Of a DNA stretch of 32,000 nucleotides, positions 1-8,525 are shown one piece after another. The stretch is taken from assembly GCF_000018105.1 (NCBI RefSeq), contig NC_009925.1:6360001-6392000 (forward strand), written 5' to 3'. The notes under the pieces are model-generated. The model saw only the letters and a list, made by a program, of their open reading frames with translations. It had not been told where the DNA came from and did no database searches. The position numbers and the translations under genes were made by a program. Position 1 is the first letter of the stretch. Each line of letters starts with the position of its first letter. This stretch comes from Acaryochloris marina MBIC11017. GTDB lineage: Bacteria; Cyanobacteriota; Cyanobacteriia; Thermosynechococcales; Thermosynechococcaceae.

Positions 1-272
1 CTTATGCCATGTCACCTGATGATCACCAATGCCATGCTTGTTGCCTTTGCGGAAATCAGTCTTGCGAGCATGATGTTTACGCAACACTCCATCAGCCCTG
101 TGTTGTTGAATGATGGCTAGATCAACATAGCTGCCATAAGCTTGGTCCGCCATGACCACATCACCGACCTCAAGGTCTTGATAGAGCAAACGACTCATGA
201 CAATTTCACTGGTGTCCCAGGAGGCAATACAAGCTGACGCCACTGCACCGGTAACCAAACAGAAGAACACTA
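1..272 (-). pseudogene. IS4-family DDE transposase, downstream segment; split by the IS630 insertion and running off the window edge
   Basis: The reverse-strand frame is open across 1..272 (VVFFCLVTGAVASACIASWDTSEIVMSRLLYQDLEVGDVVMADQAYGSYVDLAIIQQHRADGVLRKHHARKTDFRKGNKHGIGDHQVTWHK). It joins in frame to the 1356..1907 segment once the IS630 element and one TA copy are removed. Confidence 0.75.
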
Positions 273-1357
273 AGTACCTATCCAAAATCAATTACATAAT
301 CTCTTCCGAAGCCCTTAAGGATTTTGTCGATATACAGACTCAGGCTGCCTAAACACTTGTAGGCATCAAATTCAAGCCACTCATATTTCATAAAACGCCA
401 GAAAATCTCAATCAAATTCAGATGCGGTGAATAGGTAGGTAGCCAGAAAATTTCGACATTCTTGGCTTTCCAGTCCTCAATGTTTTCTTCAATTTCAGTG
501 TTTTTATGGATGCTGGCTTGATCCATCACCACGACCGTGTGTTGGTCACAGGTCTGACTAAAATCATCAATACAGGCCACCACCACCGCACTGGTAATAC
601 TCTTGTCAAACACATAGGAAGTGAGGTCATTGTGCCGATTCATCAACCCCAACACGTTGAATCGACCGCTGCGTTGACTGGGAAGTCCTAGTGTTTCCCC
701 TTTCTCCTGCCAAGCATAGGGGACATACGGCACTAAGCAAAACCCGCTTTCATCGAGATATCTCAGGTCCAGCTCACCTTTTTCCTCCTGACGCTTCAAG
801 ACCTCTAACTGATGACGTTTGGTTGCATACTCCACTGGGTCTGGCTGGCCCGCAACGACTCGCCTGAGGCGACGCCAGCTCATGGAACATGATTTGAGGA
901 TGCGCTTGAGGGTGGTTTTGCTCACCTCTATGTTCCAGGCTTCCTTGATCTTTGCCAACACAACATTGAGGTTATGCGGAGTCATTTTTGCCCACTCTCG
1001 GATTTGCTCCTTCTGCACGTCTCTCAACTTAGGTTTACGGCCACGGCCCGGCTGATCATACAGACCCACTAAGCAGTGGTTGTCCCAAGCATCTAACCAG
1101 GTGTAAACCGTTTTTCGGGTGACGGCAAAGATGCTCATTAACTCGGTGACATTAAACCCTTCAAAACTCAAGAGAATGCAATGGGCGCGTTGACGGACTT
1201 GGTGATGATGACTATGGCGATGAATTCGGCTGAGTAAATGGATGGTCTCTGGGCTCAATCCTTGAATAAAACGTTGTTTCATTGGGCTATAAGCTATTCG
1301 CTATCCACTGAACTGAAACCACTTATTATGATGTAAATATTTCTGGCTATCTACTTA
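271..1357 (-). mobile_element. IS630-family insertion sequence, apparently intact, including the flanking TA target duplication
   Basis: Terminal inverted repeats: 271..297 TAAGTACCTATCCAAAATCAATTACAT versus the reverse complement of 1331..1357, TAAGTAGATAGCCAGAAATATTTACAT (20/27 identical by hand). TA occurs at 271..272 and 1356..1357. A single uninterrupted transposase ORF lies inside. Confidence 0.85.
278..1282 (-). CDS. IS630-family (Tc1/mariner-like) DDE transposase, 334 aa
   Basis: Full-length ORF with an N-terminal HTH-like region (HCILLSFEGFNVTELMSIFAVTRKTVYTWLDAW) and a DDE-type C-terminal part (YLDESGF...VVVMDQASIHK...WLPTYSPHLNLIEIFW). It sits between inverted repeats and a TA duplication. 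Confidence 0.9.
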   Translation of the reverse strand: MKQRFIQGLSPETIHLLSRIHRHSHHHQVRQRAHCILLSFEGFNVTELMSIFAVTRKTVYTWLDAWDNHCLVGLYDQPGRGRKPKLRDVQKEQIREWAKMTPHNLNVVLAKIKEAWNIEVSKTTLKRILKSCSMSWRRLRRVVAGQPDPVEYATKRHQLEVLKRQEEKGELDLRYLDESGFCLVPYVPYAWQEKGETLGLPSQRSGRFNVLGLMNRHNDLTSYVFDKSITSAVVVACIDDFSQTCDQHTVVVMDQASIHKNTEIEENIEDWKAKNVEIFWLPTYSPHLNLIEIFWRFMKYEWLEFDAYKCLGSLSLYIDKILKGFGRDYVIDFG

Positions 1358-1907
1358 CCAAGCGAGCGATGGGAAAACCACAGCCTGCTGTTTGATTGCC
1401 ATGTTGTGGATATGATGCTTGGTTGGCCGCACTATCAGCCATCAACACGGTGGTTCCGTCGTAGACCTTGACGGGCCGACCACACCAGAGGTGCTCTGGG
1501 GAGAGGGGTTGCGCTAAGCACTCAGCGCTTTCGGGAATTAAACGTTGCAACAGTGACTCTGGAAAGCGACTTCTGGCTTTGCTGTAGGCTCCGGTATCAG
1601 ATGAGGGCGGTTGGATGCCAGCCGCTGTGAGCCAAGTCGTGATGCATTTGACTGTGTTACGAAGGCTTTTATCGGCTGATAGCACTTGGTAAAGCATGGC
1701 CCACAGCGTAACGATGGGGCTATATATCCGGTTGCGATAGGAGAATGCTTCTTCTTTCAGGAGTTCCTCTAACCTTGAGGCTGGAAGGATATCTGTCCAC
1801 GGTAAACCCAGGCTTTGGGAAAATTGCTGCTTGAGAATTTCGGCTGACTCAGACATAGTGAAAGGCAGAAGTTTATGGCGTGCAAGTCTTGATCCTATAT
1901 CTATCAA
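1356..1907 (-). pseudogene. IS4-family DDE transposase, N-terminal segment, truncated by the IS630 insertion
   Basis: The ORF ends ...GNQTAGCGFPIARLV and then reads into the IS630 end (SR, stop). Excising the element restores GCT CGC TTG GTA GTG TTC TTC = ARLVVFF. The likely real start is MSESAEILKQ... near 1856. Confidence 0.75.
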
Positions 1908-2278
1908 GACTTGTAGCCTTTTCCTGACTTCTTAAGTCAGTGCCATTGACTGTTGGGATAGCTCTCTTGAACATTGGGTGTAATTTCTGTCAATGCGTTT
2001 GTCCTGTCTAATACTTCGGGCAAAGATTTCACAGTGGTACTCAATGAATCTCATTTCAGTGGCCAGCCCAGGGTGATGAGATTTTTGATTCAGAAGGGGA
2101 TTTAGTGGATTGTTTTCTATGTCTAAACAGCAGATATAGAATACTAGCTCAACGATCAACTATGTCAATTCTTAGGGCAAGCTGATGATAATGGGATGTC
2201 TTTGAACAATCATAGATTCCAATCATGCGGGCACATTGGGTCTAGGAATAATCATTGTCCTCAGTCTGCTTATAAAGA

Positions 2279-3076
2279 ATGAATCCAGAAAACCGCACCT
2301 CAGAACAGGTCAACATGAAATTTCACTGCACCTATTGCGGCTACAAAATTGAAACAAGCAATGGGCAATCTGGACAATTGATGACCTGTCCGAGCTGTAG
2401 CGCAGATATTTTGGTACCACCTCCACCGATTTCAGAACTTTCTGCAAAGTCGAATGCTAACCCTAAGAAGTCTGACTCACTCCCGACACAGGGGTTTGTT
2501 TATCGACGTTTATTTTTAATTAGTCTAATTGGGTGCTTAATTTTTGGCGCTTTGACCGCTATCTATTCCCTGATTACATCTAGTTTTGATACCAGCCAAG
2601 CCACTATCTTGCTTACGACAGTATCTCTAGGAACCTACAGTATGACTGGTTTGTGTTGCTCGACTTTAATTGGTCATCCACAACACAATAGATTTGGCCA
2701 GATAGGTATTGCAGTATCAGTATTTAGCGGATTTTGGGCTTTCGTGAATAATCTGGCTATCTTAGCCAATCAAGAAATCAACAACTGGGGAGAATTGCTC
2801 CAGGTTCGTTTCTCTTTCCTCGTTGTTGCAGTCGCCTTTGCTCACTGTTCTCTGTTATTAAGGATCCATACAACCAATAAGACTGTCCAGAATGTGCGAT
2901 ATGTGACCCTTGGCATTATTGCCATGTTTTCCATGGTACTTTTGGGAAACATTATGGCTCCAGATAATTTTTCAACATCATGGAAGCTGATTAGTATACT
3001 TTCCGTATTGAACGTACTTGGAACCATTGCTACCCCTCTTTATCATGCAGCTACTAAGGAATCTAAAGCCAACTGA
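2279..3076 (+). CDS. Zinc-ribbon (CxxC...CxxC) N-terminal domain fused to a polytopic membrane domain; hypothetical
   Basis: N-terminus MKFHCTYCGYKIETSNGQSGQLMTCPSCSADILVPPPP, followed by about six hydrophobic segments. The start may be the internal ATG at 2315. Confidence 0.6.
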   Translation: MNPENRTSEQVNMKFHCTYCGYKIETSNGQSGQLMTCPSCSADILVPPPPISELSAKSNANPKKSDSLPTQGFVYRRLFLISLIGCLIFGALTAIYSLITSSFDTSQATILLTTVSLGTYSMTGLCCSTLIGHPQHNRFGQIGIAVSVFSGFWAFVNNLAILANQEINNWGELLQVRFSFLVVAVAFAHCSLLLRIHTTNKTVQNVRYVTLGIIAMFSMVLLGNIMAPDNFSTSWKLISILSVLNVLGTIATPLYHAATKESKAN

Positions 3077-3537
3077 TAAGTGGTTCATTCCTTAGAATTT
3101 CTCCAGTTAAAAGACTCTGAACCCTTGGTAGAGATGATTTATGCAGCGACAATCCACATGACTGCTGGAGATGCTGCTTAGAAAGCTCTGCAATCCTACC
3201 TGTGAAATACCGTTGACTGCTTTTGAAGCGATAAAATCTCAGATTCTACAGGGGATTTGTATTAACTAGGTAAGGTCTTGAAGCTTGGTGCATAGGGTTG
3301 GTGTTTGGGAATGGGATGAGTGCGATCTCAGCTCGATACCAAACCGTAGACTTCACATCAAATAAGCTTAACAACCGCAATACCTCAATTTTGGCTACTC
3401 AGGACGGACACTTTCTTCCCAAAAGCATCGTCTGAACTTGATTGAGAGTCAGTAGACCTCAAGTCATCAATGAAGAATGGATTATTCTGCCGTGGAAGTG
3501 CAACCCAAACTCCCCGGTTACAGGGCCACATAGGCTT

Positions 3538-4149
3538 ATGGCAATATTACGATCAAAACCATCAAACTCTGGTATGAACGCAATACATTCAACCTCTGCA
3601 AGGATTCGGGTTGTGCTAACGGCAATAGCTGTGTCTATGTCGTTCCTCATCGCCTTTATAATCAGCCCAACAATAATTTATTTACCAGCCACTCAGTTTT
3701 CTTTTCATCTATTTTGGTTTTTTGGGCCAGCATTAGCACTACTCTTTGGATTACTTGTATGGCGGATGGCCAAAGCACGTTACATCATAGTCTCTCTTCT
3801 TGTCATTGCAAGCATCAGTTTCCCTTTTCTCTTCTATGTGAGCCAGGAGATTTTCTGTAGCCGTGTCGGAGCATTTGCGATAGTGCAATTGGAATGCTAC
3901 TACCGCAGTGAACCTTTGATCCAGACTCGTTTGCCTGAGCAATTTTCAGAGGAGAAATTTAACTCCATACAGCCAGGGATGAAGAAAGAACGGGTTGTGC
4001 AACGATTGGGTTTACCAAGCAGTGGTACAGATAACCTCACCTTGGATTATGGAGCTGAATGGTGGGACTTTGCCTGGGTCAACTATTTCATCAGGCTGGA
4101 CGAAGAGGGCAAAGTCATTAGCAAAACTCGAACTGTATATCATGACTAA
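3538..4149 (+). CDS. Membrane protein with about 4 TM helices and a C-terminal BamE/SmpA_OmlA-like domain; hypothetical
   Basis: Hydrophobic segments are followed by FNSIQPGMKKERVVQRLGLPSS...WVNYFIRLDEEGKVISK, which resembles the SmpA/OmlA fold signature. The ORF track begins at TTG 3442; ATG 3538 or 3574 is a more plausible start. Confidence 0.5.
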   Translation: MAILRSKPSNSGMNAIHSTSARIRVVLTAIAVSMSFLIAFIISPTIIYLPATQFSFHLFWFFGPALALLFGLLVWRMAKARYIIVSLLVIASISFPFLFYVSQEIFCSRVGAFAIVQLECYYRSEPLIQTRLPEQFSEEKFNSIQPGMKKERVVQRLGLPSSGTDNLTLDYGAEWWDFAWVNYFIRLDEEGKVISKTRTVYHD

Positions 4150-4431
4150 AGTGATTGCGCGAGCATTACAAATAAACCTGATATGTGTCTATCCAGGCTG
4201 AAGTATTGGCATCACAGGATTACTAGTAGAAACACTTCAGAGTGCATCAAGAACAAGAATGCCTTGTTTCTCAAAGTTGAGTACTCCAACCTAAGCCGAT
4301 AATCCGCCTCAACTCCCTCAGCTTTTTTTGCTAAGCAATTCCCCATTGTGGATAATAGAAACCCCTCAAGCGATAATTTGATGGGTTACTTTGAATGATT
4401 TGTTATCCCTTTCCAAGATGATGTTGTTGCT

Positions 4432-5286
4432 GTGACGCTTATTCAAAATCAGTATCGAATCATCAAGCAACTTGATGAGCAAGACGTTGGAATCACTTAT
4501 TTGGCGGAGGATTTGCATCACCCCTCTAAGCAGCTCTGTGTGGTCAAAGAAACGAAACCGATTCTCTTGAAGCCTACGGTTAATCAGAGTACTCATAATA
4601 AAATCAAGTTATTTCAGGAGAGATTTAAGCAAGAAGCGGAAAACCTTGTGGAGATTAGTAGAGAACATGACCAAATCTCTAATTTGTATACCTGCTTTGA
4701 GAAAGAAGGACAATTATATTGGGTTCGTGAATGGGTTGAGGGCCAAACGTTAACCCAATGGGAGCATCCTGTAGAACCAGGCATGATCGTAGAAATTTTA
4801 CGTCAGACGTTGCTTGTCTTGGACTCCCTCCACAATCGAGGCATCCTGCATCTGAATCTGAAGCCAAGCAATATTATCTGGCGTAAGCAAGACAGTAAGG
4901 TGGTACTGACTGATTTTGGAATTCTCAAAGAAATCACTGGACACTTTCCCTTGGACCTTCAGGTTGATCCTGGCCCCCGTGTTATCCCGTTTAGCTACAG
5001 GTCTCCAGAGCAATCCAAGGGCGGTAGAACGGGTCCATTTAGCGACTATTACAGTCTTGGTTTAACGATGATCACCCTAATGATGGGGAATGCATTTGAG
5101 CAATTTAAACGAGACTTTGCCTATCACGGAGAGATGAGGTGGCGTCAATACATACCAGAGGTCAACCCTGTGTTAGCTGATATCCTCGACCAAGCGATTC
5201 ACTATGATCCAAGGCATCGGTTCAGGGTGGCCCGTGACATGCTGGTTGTTTTGCAGGAGGTTCCCATTGAACCTTCCACCACGTAA
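4432..5286 (+). CDS. Stand-alone Ser/Thr protein-kinase-like domain, probably a pseudokinase
   Basis: Hanks-type layout: VVKETKP (beta3 Lys), QERFKQEAENL (alphaC Glu), LTDFG, YRSPEQ. However, the Gly-loop is LDEQDVG instead of GxGxxG, and the catalytic loop is HLNLKPSN instead of HRDxKPxN. GTG start. Confidence 0.8.
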   Translation: MTLIQNQYRIIKQLDEQDVGITYLAEDLHHPSKQLCVVKETKPILLKPTVNQSTHNKIKLFQERFKQEAENLVEISREHDQISNLYTCFEKEGQLYWVREWVEGQTLTQWEHPVEPGMIVEILRQTLLVLDSLHNRGILHLNLKPSNIIWRKQDSKVVLTDFGILKEITGHFPLDLQVDPGPRVIPFSYRSPEQSKGGRTGPFSDYYSLGLTMITLMMGNAFEQFKRDFAYHGEMRWRQYIPEVNPVLADILDQAIHYDPRHRFRVARDMLVVLQEVPIEPSTT

Positions 5287-5302
5287 GAATCTTCGTTACT
5301 TG

Positions 5303-5380
5303 AATGCCGAGTTTCCTGGTCCTGGTCTCCTGCAAAGATGACCTCAGCGATAGGCAATCCTGGCTGTAAAACTCGGTGGC
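5303..5380. repeat. Copy A of a 78-nt dispersed repeat (partner at 9168..9245)
   Basis: Hand alignment to 9168..9245. 57 of the 66 positions across the embedded 21-codon mini-ORF (5304..5369) are identical. There is one indel near the 3' end. Confidence 0.8.
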
Positions 5381-5526
5381 GAAATTAGAGGATATGATCT
5401 GTGGTCGTTGGGGTGAAGGTGATAATGGTGGGTGGGGCTGCGATCTCAATTCCAGTATTGCTATTGCCATCCAATTGAGCATCTCAAGCACTCATTCTTT
5501 CTGACTAGTTTCACATCCCAAGCTGA

Positions 5527-5757
5527 TCACTTTTCAACGTTGGTTAGCCTTGACCGGAGGGCATTAGATCTGAAATGGTGTAACTTCTTGGGAGAGGTTT
5601 GATAACGCCTAGATTTTAGATGCTTTTGGATGGATGGGTGATAGCGAGTGCTTAACTCAAGAGGGAACTGTTCGCGGCAATGATCACAATACCAATACAA
5701 CTGGTCTTTATGAATGTGCAGCAAAAGGTCGCCTGAGCAAAGAATGCAGTCAGACAT
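5527..5757 (-). CDS. Small zinc-ribbon protein (CxxC...YWYCxxC family); hypothetical
   Basis: MSDCILCSGDLLLHIHKDQLYWYCDHCREQFP. The same motif is seen in the ORF at 24668..24919. Confidence 0.55.
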   Translation of the reverse strand: MSDCILCSGDLLLHIHKDQLYWYCDHCREQFPLELSTRYHPSIQKHLKSRRYQTSPKKLHHFRSNALRSRLTNVEK

Positions 5758-5911
5758 GGTGAGGACCTGAGTGGGGAAAGGTGAGTCAGAGTCTAACCTA
5801 ACAAACCCTAATTTTGTCTCCTAACAAAATAACCTTGTGGTGAGTGTAGTTTACAAGGCGAAATCTCCAGCAAGTTCTCCCAGGTATGCCGTTTGTTGGG
5901 CTTGCTATTTC

Positions 5912-6805
5912 TTAAAAGTCTTGGCGTATAAATAGACCTAATCGACGCAGTCCAGCTTTCTTCCATAACCAACCGTAAAGCGGTAACTTACCTTGAGGAG
6001 AACTGTTCGGGTCAAGAATAGGTTTGCCGTCGTCCATTCCAATACCTTGATTATTCCAGCCTACAGAACTACAAAACTTTGTCCAATCGTTATTGGATTC
6101 TGTGGGACTACCACACTTCTCCCACATCTGTTTTTGCACACTGAAACCCCATTTACCTTTGCTGTACTTAACCCATAAGCGGTTCAGAATAAGAAGGTCT
6201 TTACACGGAAACGTTTGTAGATCACTTAATGTAAAGGGTTGCCCTTCTTCTTTACTGATCGTGGTAATCATCAACCGATAGGTTTCCTGATCGGCCTCTC
6301 TCCAAAGGGCATTAGCCAAATTATTCACCAGTTTGGAAAATTTAAGGTCGATTGTATGGCGGAGGATATAGAACTTATGAGTGCCATGAAGACCTACTTT
6401 CTCCAGATCCTTGGAGCCAGGGGGATTGTAGTCGAATAAAGCGCCATTACTGCGTTGGGTGATTTGAGTTGATATCCAAACACAGAACCCTAATTGCTCA
6501 AGGGTCGATAACCCTTCAACAGGTAAATCAAGTGGGTGAGAAAGCGCTGTCTGCGCTTGGTCTATGGGGTGGGGCTGGCTCGTATTTTGGGCGTCCAAGA
6601 ATTGCTGGTACTCACGCCAACAAATAGGCTCATTAGTGATTGCCGTCCACTTATCTAACGGAACCATCTGCTGAAACCGCCGCTCCAAGGCAGGGTTAAT
6701 ACCTGATTTATCCATAATCTGTGGTTCAGTAGGTAATTCACTTAATGGTTGTTCATTTTGAGAAGGGCGGAGTGGGTTCTTCTCGTCATTCAGAGGCTGA
6801 GACAT
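5912..6805 (-). CDS. GUN4-domain-containing protein
   Basis: The C-terminal region FPCKDLLILNRLWVKYSKGKWGFSVQKQMWEKCGSP...VGW matches the GUN4 domain signature known from cyanobacterial and plastid GUN4 proteins. Confidence 0.75.
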   Translation of the reverse strand: MSQPLNDEKNPLRPSQNEQPLSELPTEPQIMDKSGINPALERRFQQMVPLDKWTAITNEPICWREYQQFLDAQNTSQPHPIDQAQTALSHPLDLPVEGLSTLEQLGFCVWISTQITQRSNGALFDYNPPGSKDLEKVGLHGTHKFYILRHTIDLKFSKLVNNLANALWREADQETYRLMITTISKEEGQPFTLSDLQTFPCKDLLILNRLWVKYSKGKWGFSVQKQMWEKCGSPTESNNDWTKFCSSVGWNNQGIGMDDGKPILDPNSSPQGKLPLYGWLWKKAGLRRLGLFIRQDF

Positions 6806-6915
6806 GAGTTAAAGCGGCAGGGATCAGGGTGAAGGGGCCAGGGCTCTAACGGGGGTAGTCATTGGGCGCGAAAGAGAGCTAAAAAGATACGCTTAAGTCT
6901 GTTTGTCCAGTGCAG

Positions 6916-8292
6916 TTAGGGGGTTACTCGCTTTAGTGGTGGCGTTTGCCATGTGCCATTAATCGCCTCTTGTTTTGGCAAGTAAAGCCGCAAGGATATG
7001 AAGAAGCCCTTATCCGGTGCAGGGAGACAGTTTTTCCTCTTCTTTTCTTCAGTTGGTTGAGCGTACTGGATATAAAGCGTCAGTCCCCCATCTTCGTCAA
7101 GAACGAGTTCGTTGTTGTCTAACATCGTTGAATTAATAAGATAGCGATCGAGGTCGTTCTCGACAAGGAGCTGCTCGGGAAGGTTATACATTGTTGCCGA
7201 CCAGAAAGCGTCAGCTGGTGGCAATCCACCTGGCTCGAATCGTAGTGTATAACAGACGTTGCCTGATGCATTTAATTCGTTGCCGTCTGCATCGTTATAG
7301 TAGGAGGGATACATGGCCTCCTCAATGGAATTGCCCCAGATGCCAAGAATTGCGCCAGCCATACGGTACAGATAAATGTTACCTGTTTCCGTCAAGTGTT
7401 CACGTGTGCCGAATAGGTCGGCGGCGGTGACTTCTTGAGTGGCAAGTTTATTCTTCTTCAGCTCTAAATAAGTATCCCAACCGTCCTTTATACCTTGCTC
7501 GACAGCCTGATTCAATTCCTCAGAGAATTCTGTCGGGTTAAAGGTCAGGCCAGGTCCGATGTTTAGCTTCGCGAAGCGAGTCATCAATTCCGTTTCCGCT
7601 TCGTGTGTTGAACAAAACGTCGTGAGCAGGAAGTTCAGCAGGCTGAATATTCTGGGTGAAGTTTCGCCCTCGTCCAGTCTTACGGGTCTCGGGTATTTCA
7701 CCGCTGGCATTGCCGCTGGTGGCTCCGTATTTGTAAACTGACTCAGCGGCTGAACCTTGTAACCGTTCTCAATAATGTTTTCGACATTCTCTAAGTCATC
7801 TGAGTTGAAAAGCTGGGTGCGGTACAAGGCTAGCGCAAGACTGGTTTCGCTACGGATAACGGCGGTGATTCCAGATGGTATCTGCCCTGTCCAGTCCGGG
7901 CCCGCAAGCAAGTACTTGCTTGCGCCATTGCCTGTTGTCCGAGTGCCAACGTATTCGAAATTGTGTGTATAAGTATCGATGAGTTGGATAGAGTAGTATC
8001 GTTTAGAATCTATTTTTGGGACCTTCAAAACTAAAGGTTCCATGCGAAGATCTGCTCCAACCAGGCAGTAAGGTGTATCTGCATTCGGTGTCTGAACTGC
8101 GGTGTCCGATGGCGTGAACAGTCGTGCCGTGCCAATCAATTCATTCAAGGGGCCTTTGTATTCGTCATTCTTAGGCCAAAGAAAGTAGGCAAAAAGAATT
8201 CGATAGCTGTCTGCCATCGGATACGCGTAAGTAAACGCATCTTTCGCGATCAATCGGGCTTCTTGTGGTGTAAGTGTGGAAGAATCAGCCAT
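6916..8292 (-). CDS. DUF1254/DUF1214 domain-containing protein
   Basis: DTPYCLVGADLRMEPLVLKVPKIDSKRYYSIQLIDTYTHNF is DUF1254-like and FWSATMYN...YLPK is DUF1214-like. The start is taken at ATG 8292 (MADSSTL...) rather than the track's 8343. Confidence 0.8.
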   Translation of the reverse strand: MADSSTLTPQEARLIAKDAFTYAYPMADSYRILFAYFLWPKNDEYKGPLNELIGTARLFTPSDTAVQTPNADTPYCLVGADLRMEPLVLKVPKIDSKRYYSIQLIDTYTHNFEYVGTRTTGNGASKYLLAGPDWTGQIPSGITAVIRSETSLALALYRTQLFNSDDLENVENIIENGYKVQPLSQFTNTEPPAAMPAVKYPRPVRLDEGETSPRIFSLLNFLLTTFCSTHEAETELMTRFAKLNIGPGLTFNPTEFSEELNQAVEQGIKDGWDTYLELKKNKLATQEVTAADLFGTREHLTETGNIYLYRMAGAILGIWGNSIEEAMYPSYYNDADGNELNASGNVCYTLRFEPGGLPPADAFWSATMYNLPEQLLVENDLDRYLINSTMLDNNELVLDEDGGLTLYIQYAQPTEEKKRKNCLPAPDKGFFISLRLYLPKQEAINGTWQTPPLKRVTP

Positions 8293-8344
8293 TCTCAAAT
8301 TTCCCTTATAAAGGAATAAGTAGGTGATGGTATTGAAGCTCAAC

Positions 8345-8360
8345 TATATTTCGAAATATA
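8345..8360. promoter_or_regulatory. Perfect 16-bp palindrome TATATTTCGAAATATA in a divergent promoter region; candidate operator
   Basis: Read directly. It lies about 53 nt upstream of the 8292 start and in the gap leading to the divergent PEP-CTERM gene. Confidence 0.2.
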
Positions 8361-8525
8361 AATCTGGTGATGTACTTGATTAATCAATACTTCTAACGGA
8401 ATTAGCTAAGGAATTTCTGGTAACAATATTAAGCCTGACCTACTTAGAAATAGAACATTTACTAAAATATTATTGGTTTTGTCGATCTACTGATTCTATA
8501 ATCATCGAGAATTTGAGATTCAGAC

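Noticed and set aside
506-1055. The + strand ORFs 506..691 and 819..1055, which lie inside the IS630 transposase gene.
   Set aside because: They are antisense to a full-length, well-supported transposase ORF. Their products are low-complexity and show no motifs. They are typical shadow ORFs.
1932-2159. A 75-aa ORF on the minus strand upstream of the IS4 transposase.
   Set aside because: It has no recognisable motif and no obvious RBS. It lies where the IS4 end and inverted repeat would be expected. I cannot support it as a gene.
3442-3537. The TTG-initiated N-terminal extension of the 3442..4149 ORF.
   Set aside because: The extension (MRVSRPQVINEEWIILPWKCNPNSPVTGPHRL) precedes in-frame ATGs at 3538 and 3574 that sit just before the first TM segment. 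I saw no SD for the TTG.
5222-5491. An 89-aa minus-strand ORF overlapping the kinase-like gene's 3' end and repeat copy A.
   Set aside because: It overlaps a supported CDS and the dispersed repeat, and its product is Pro/Ser-rich and low-complexity. All three minus frames are open here, so the open frame carries no information.
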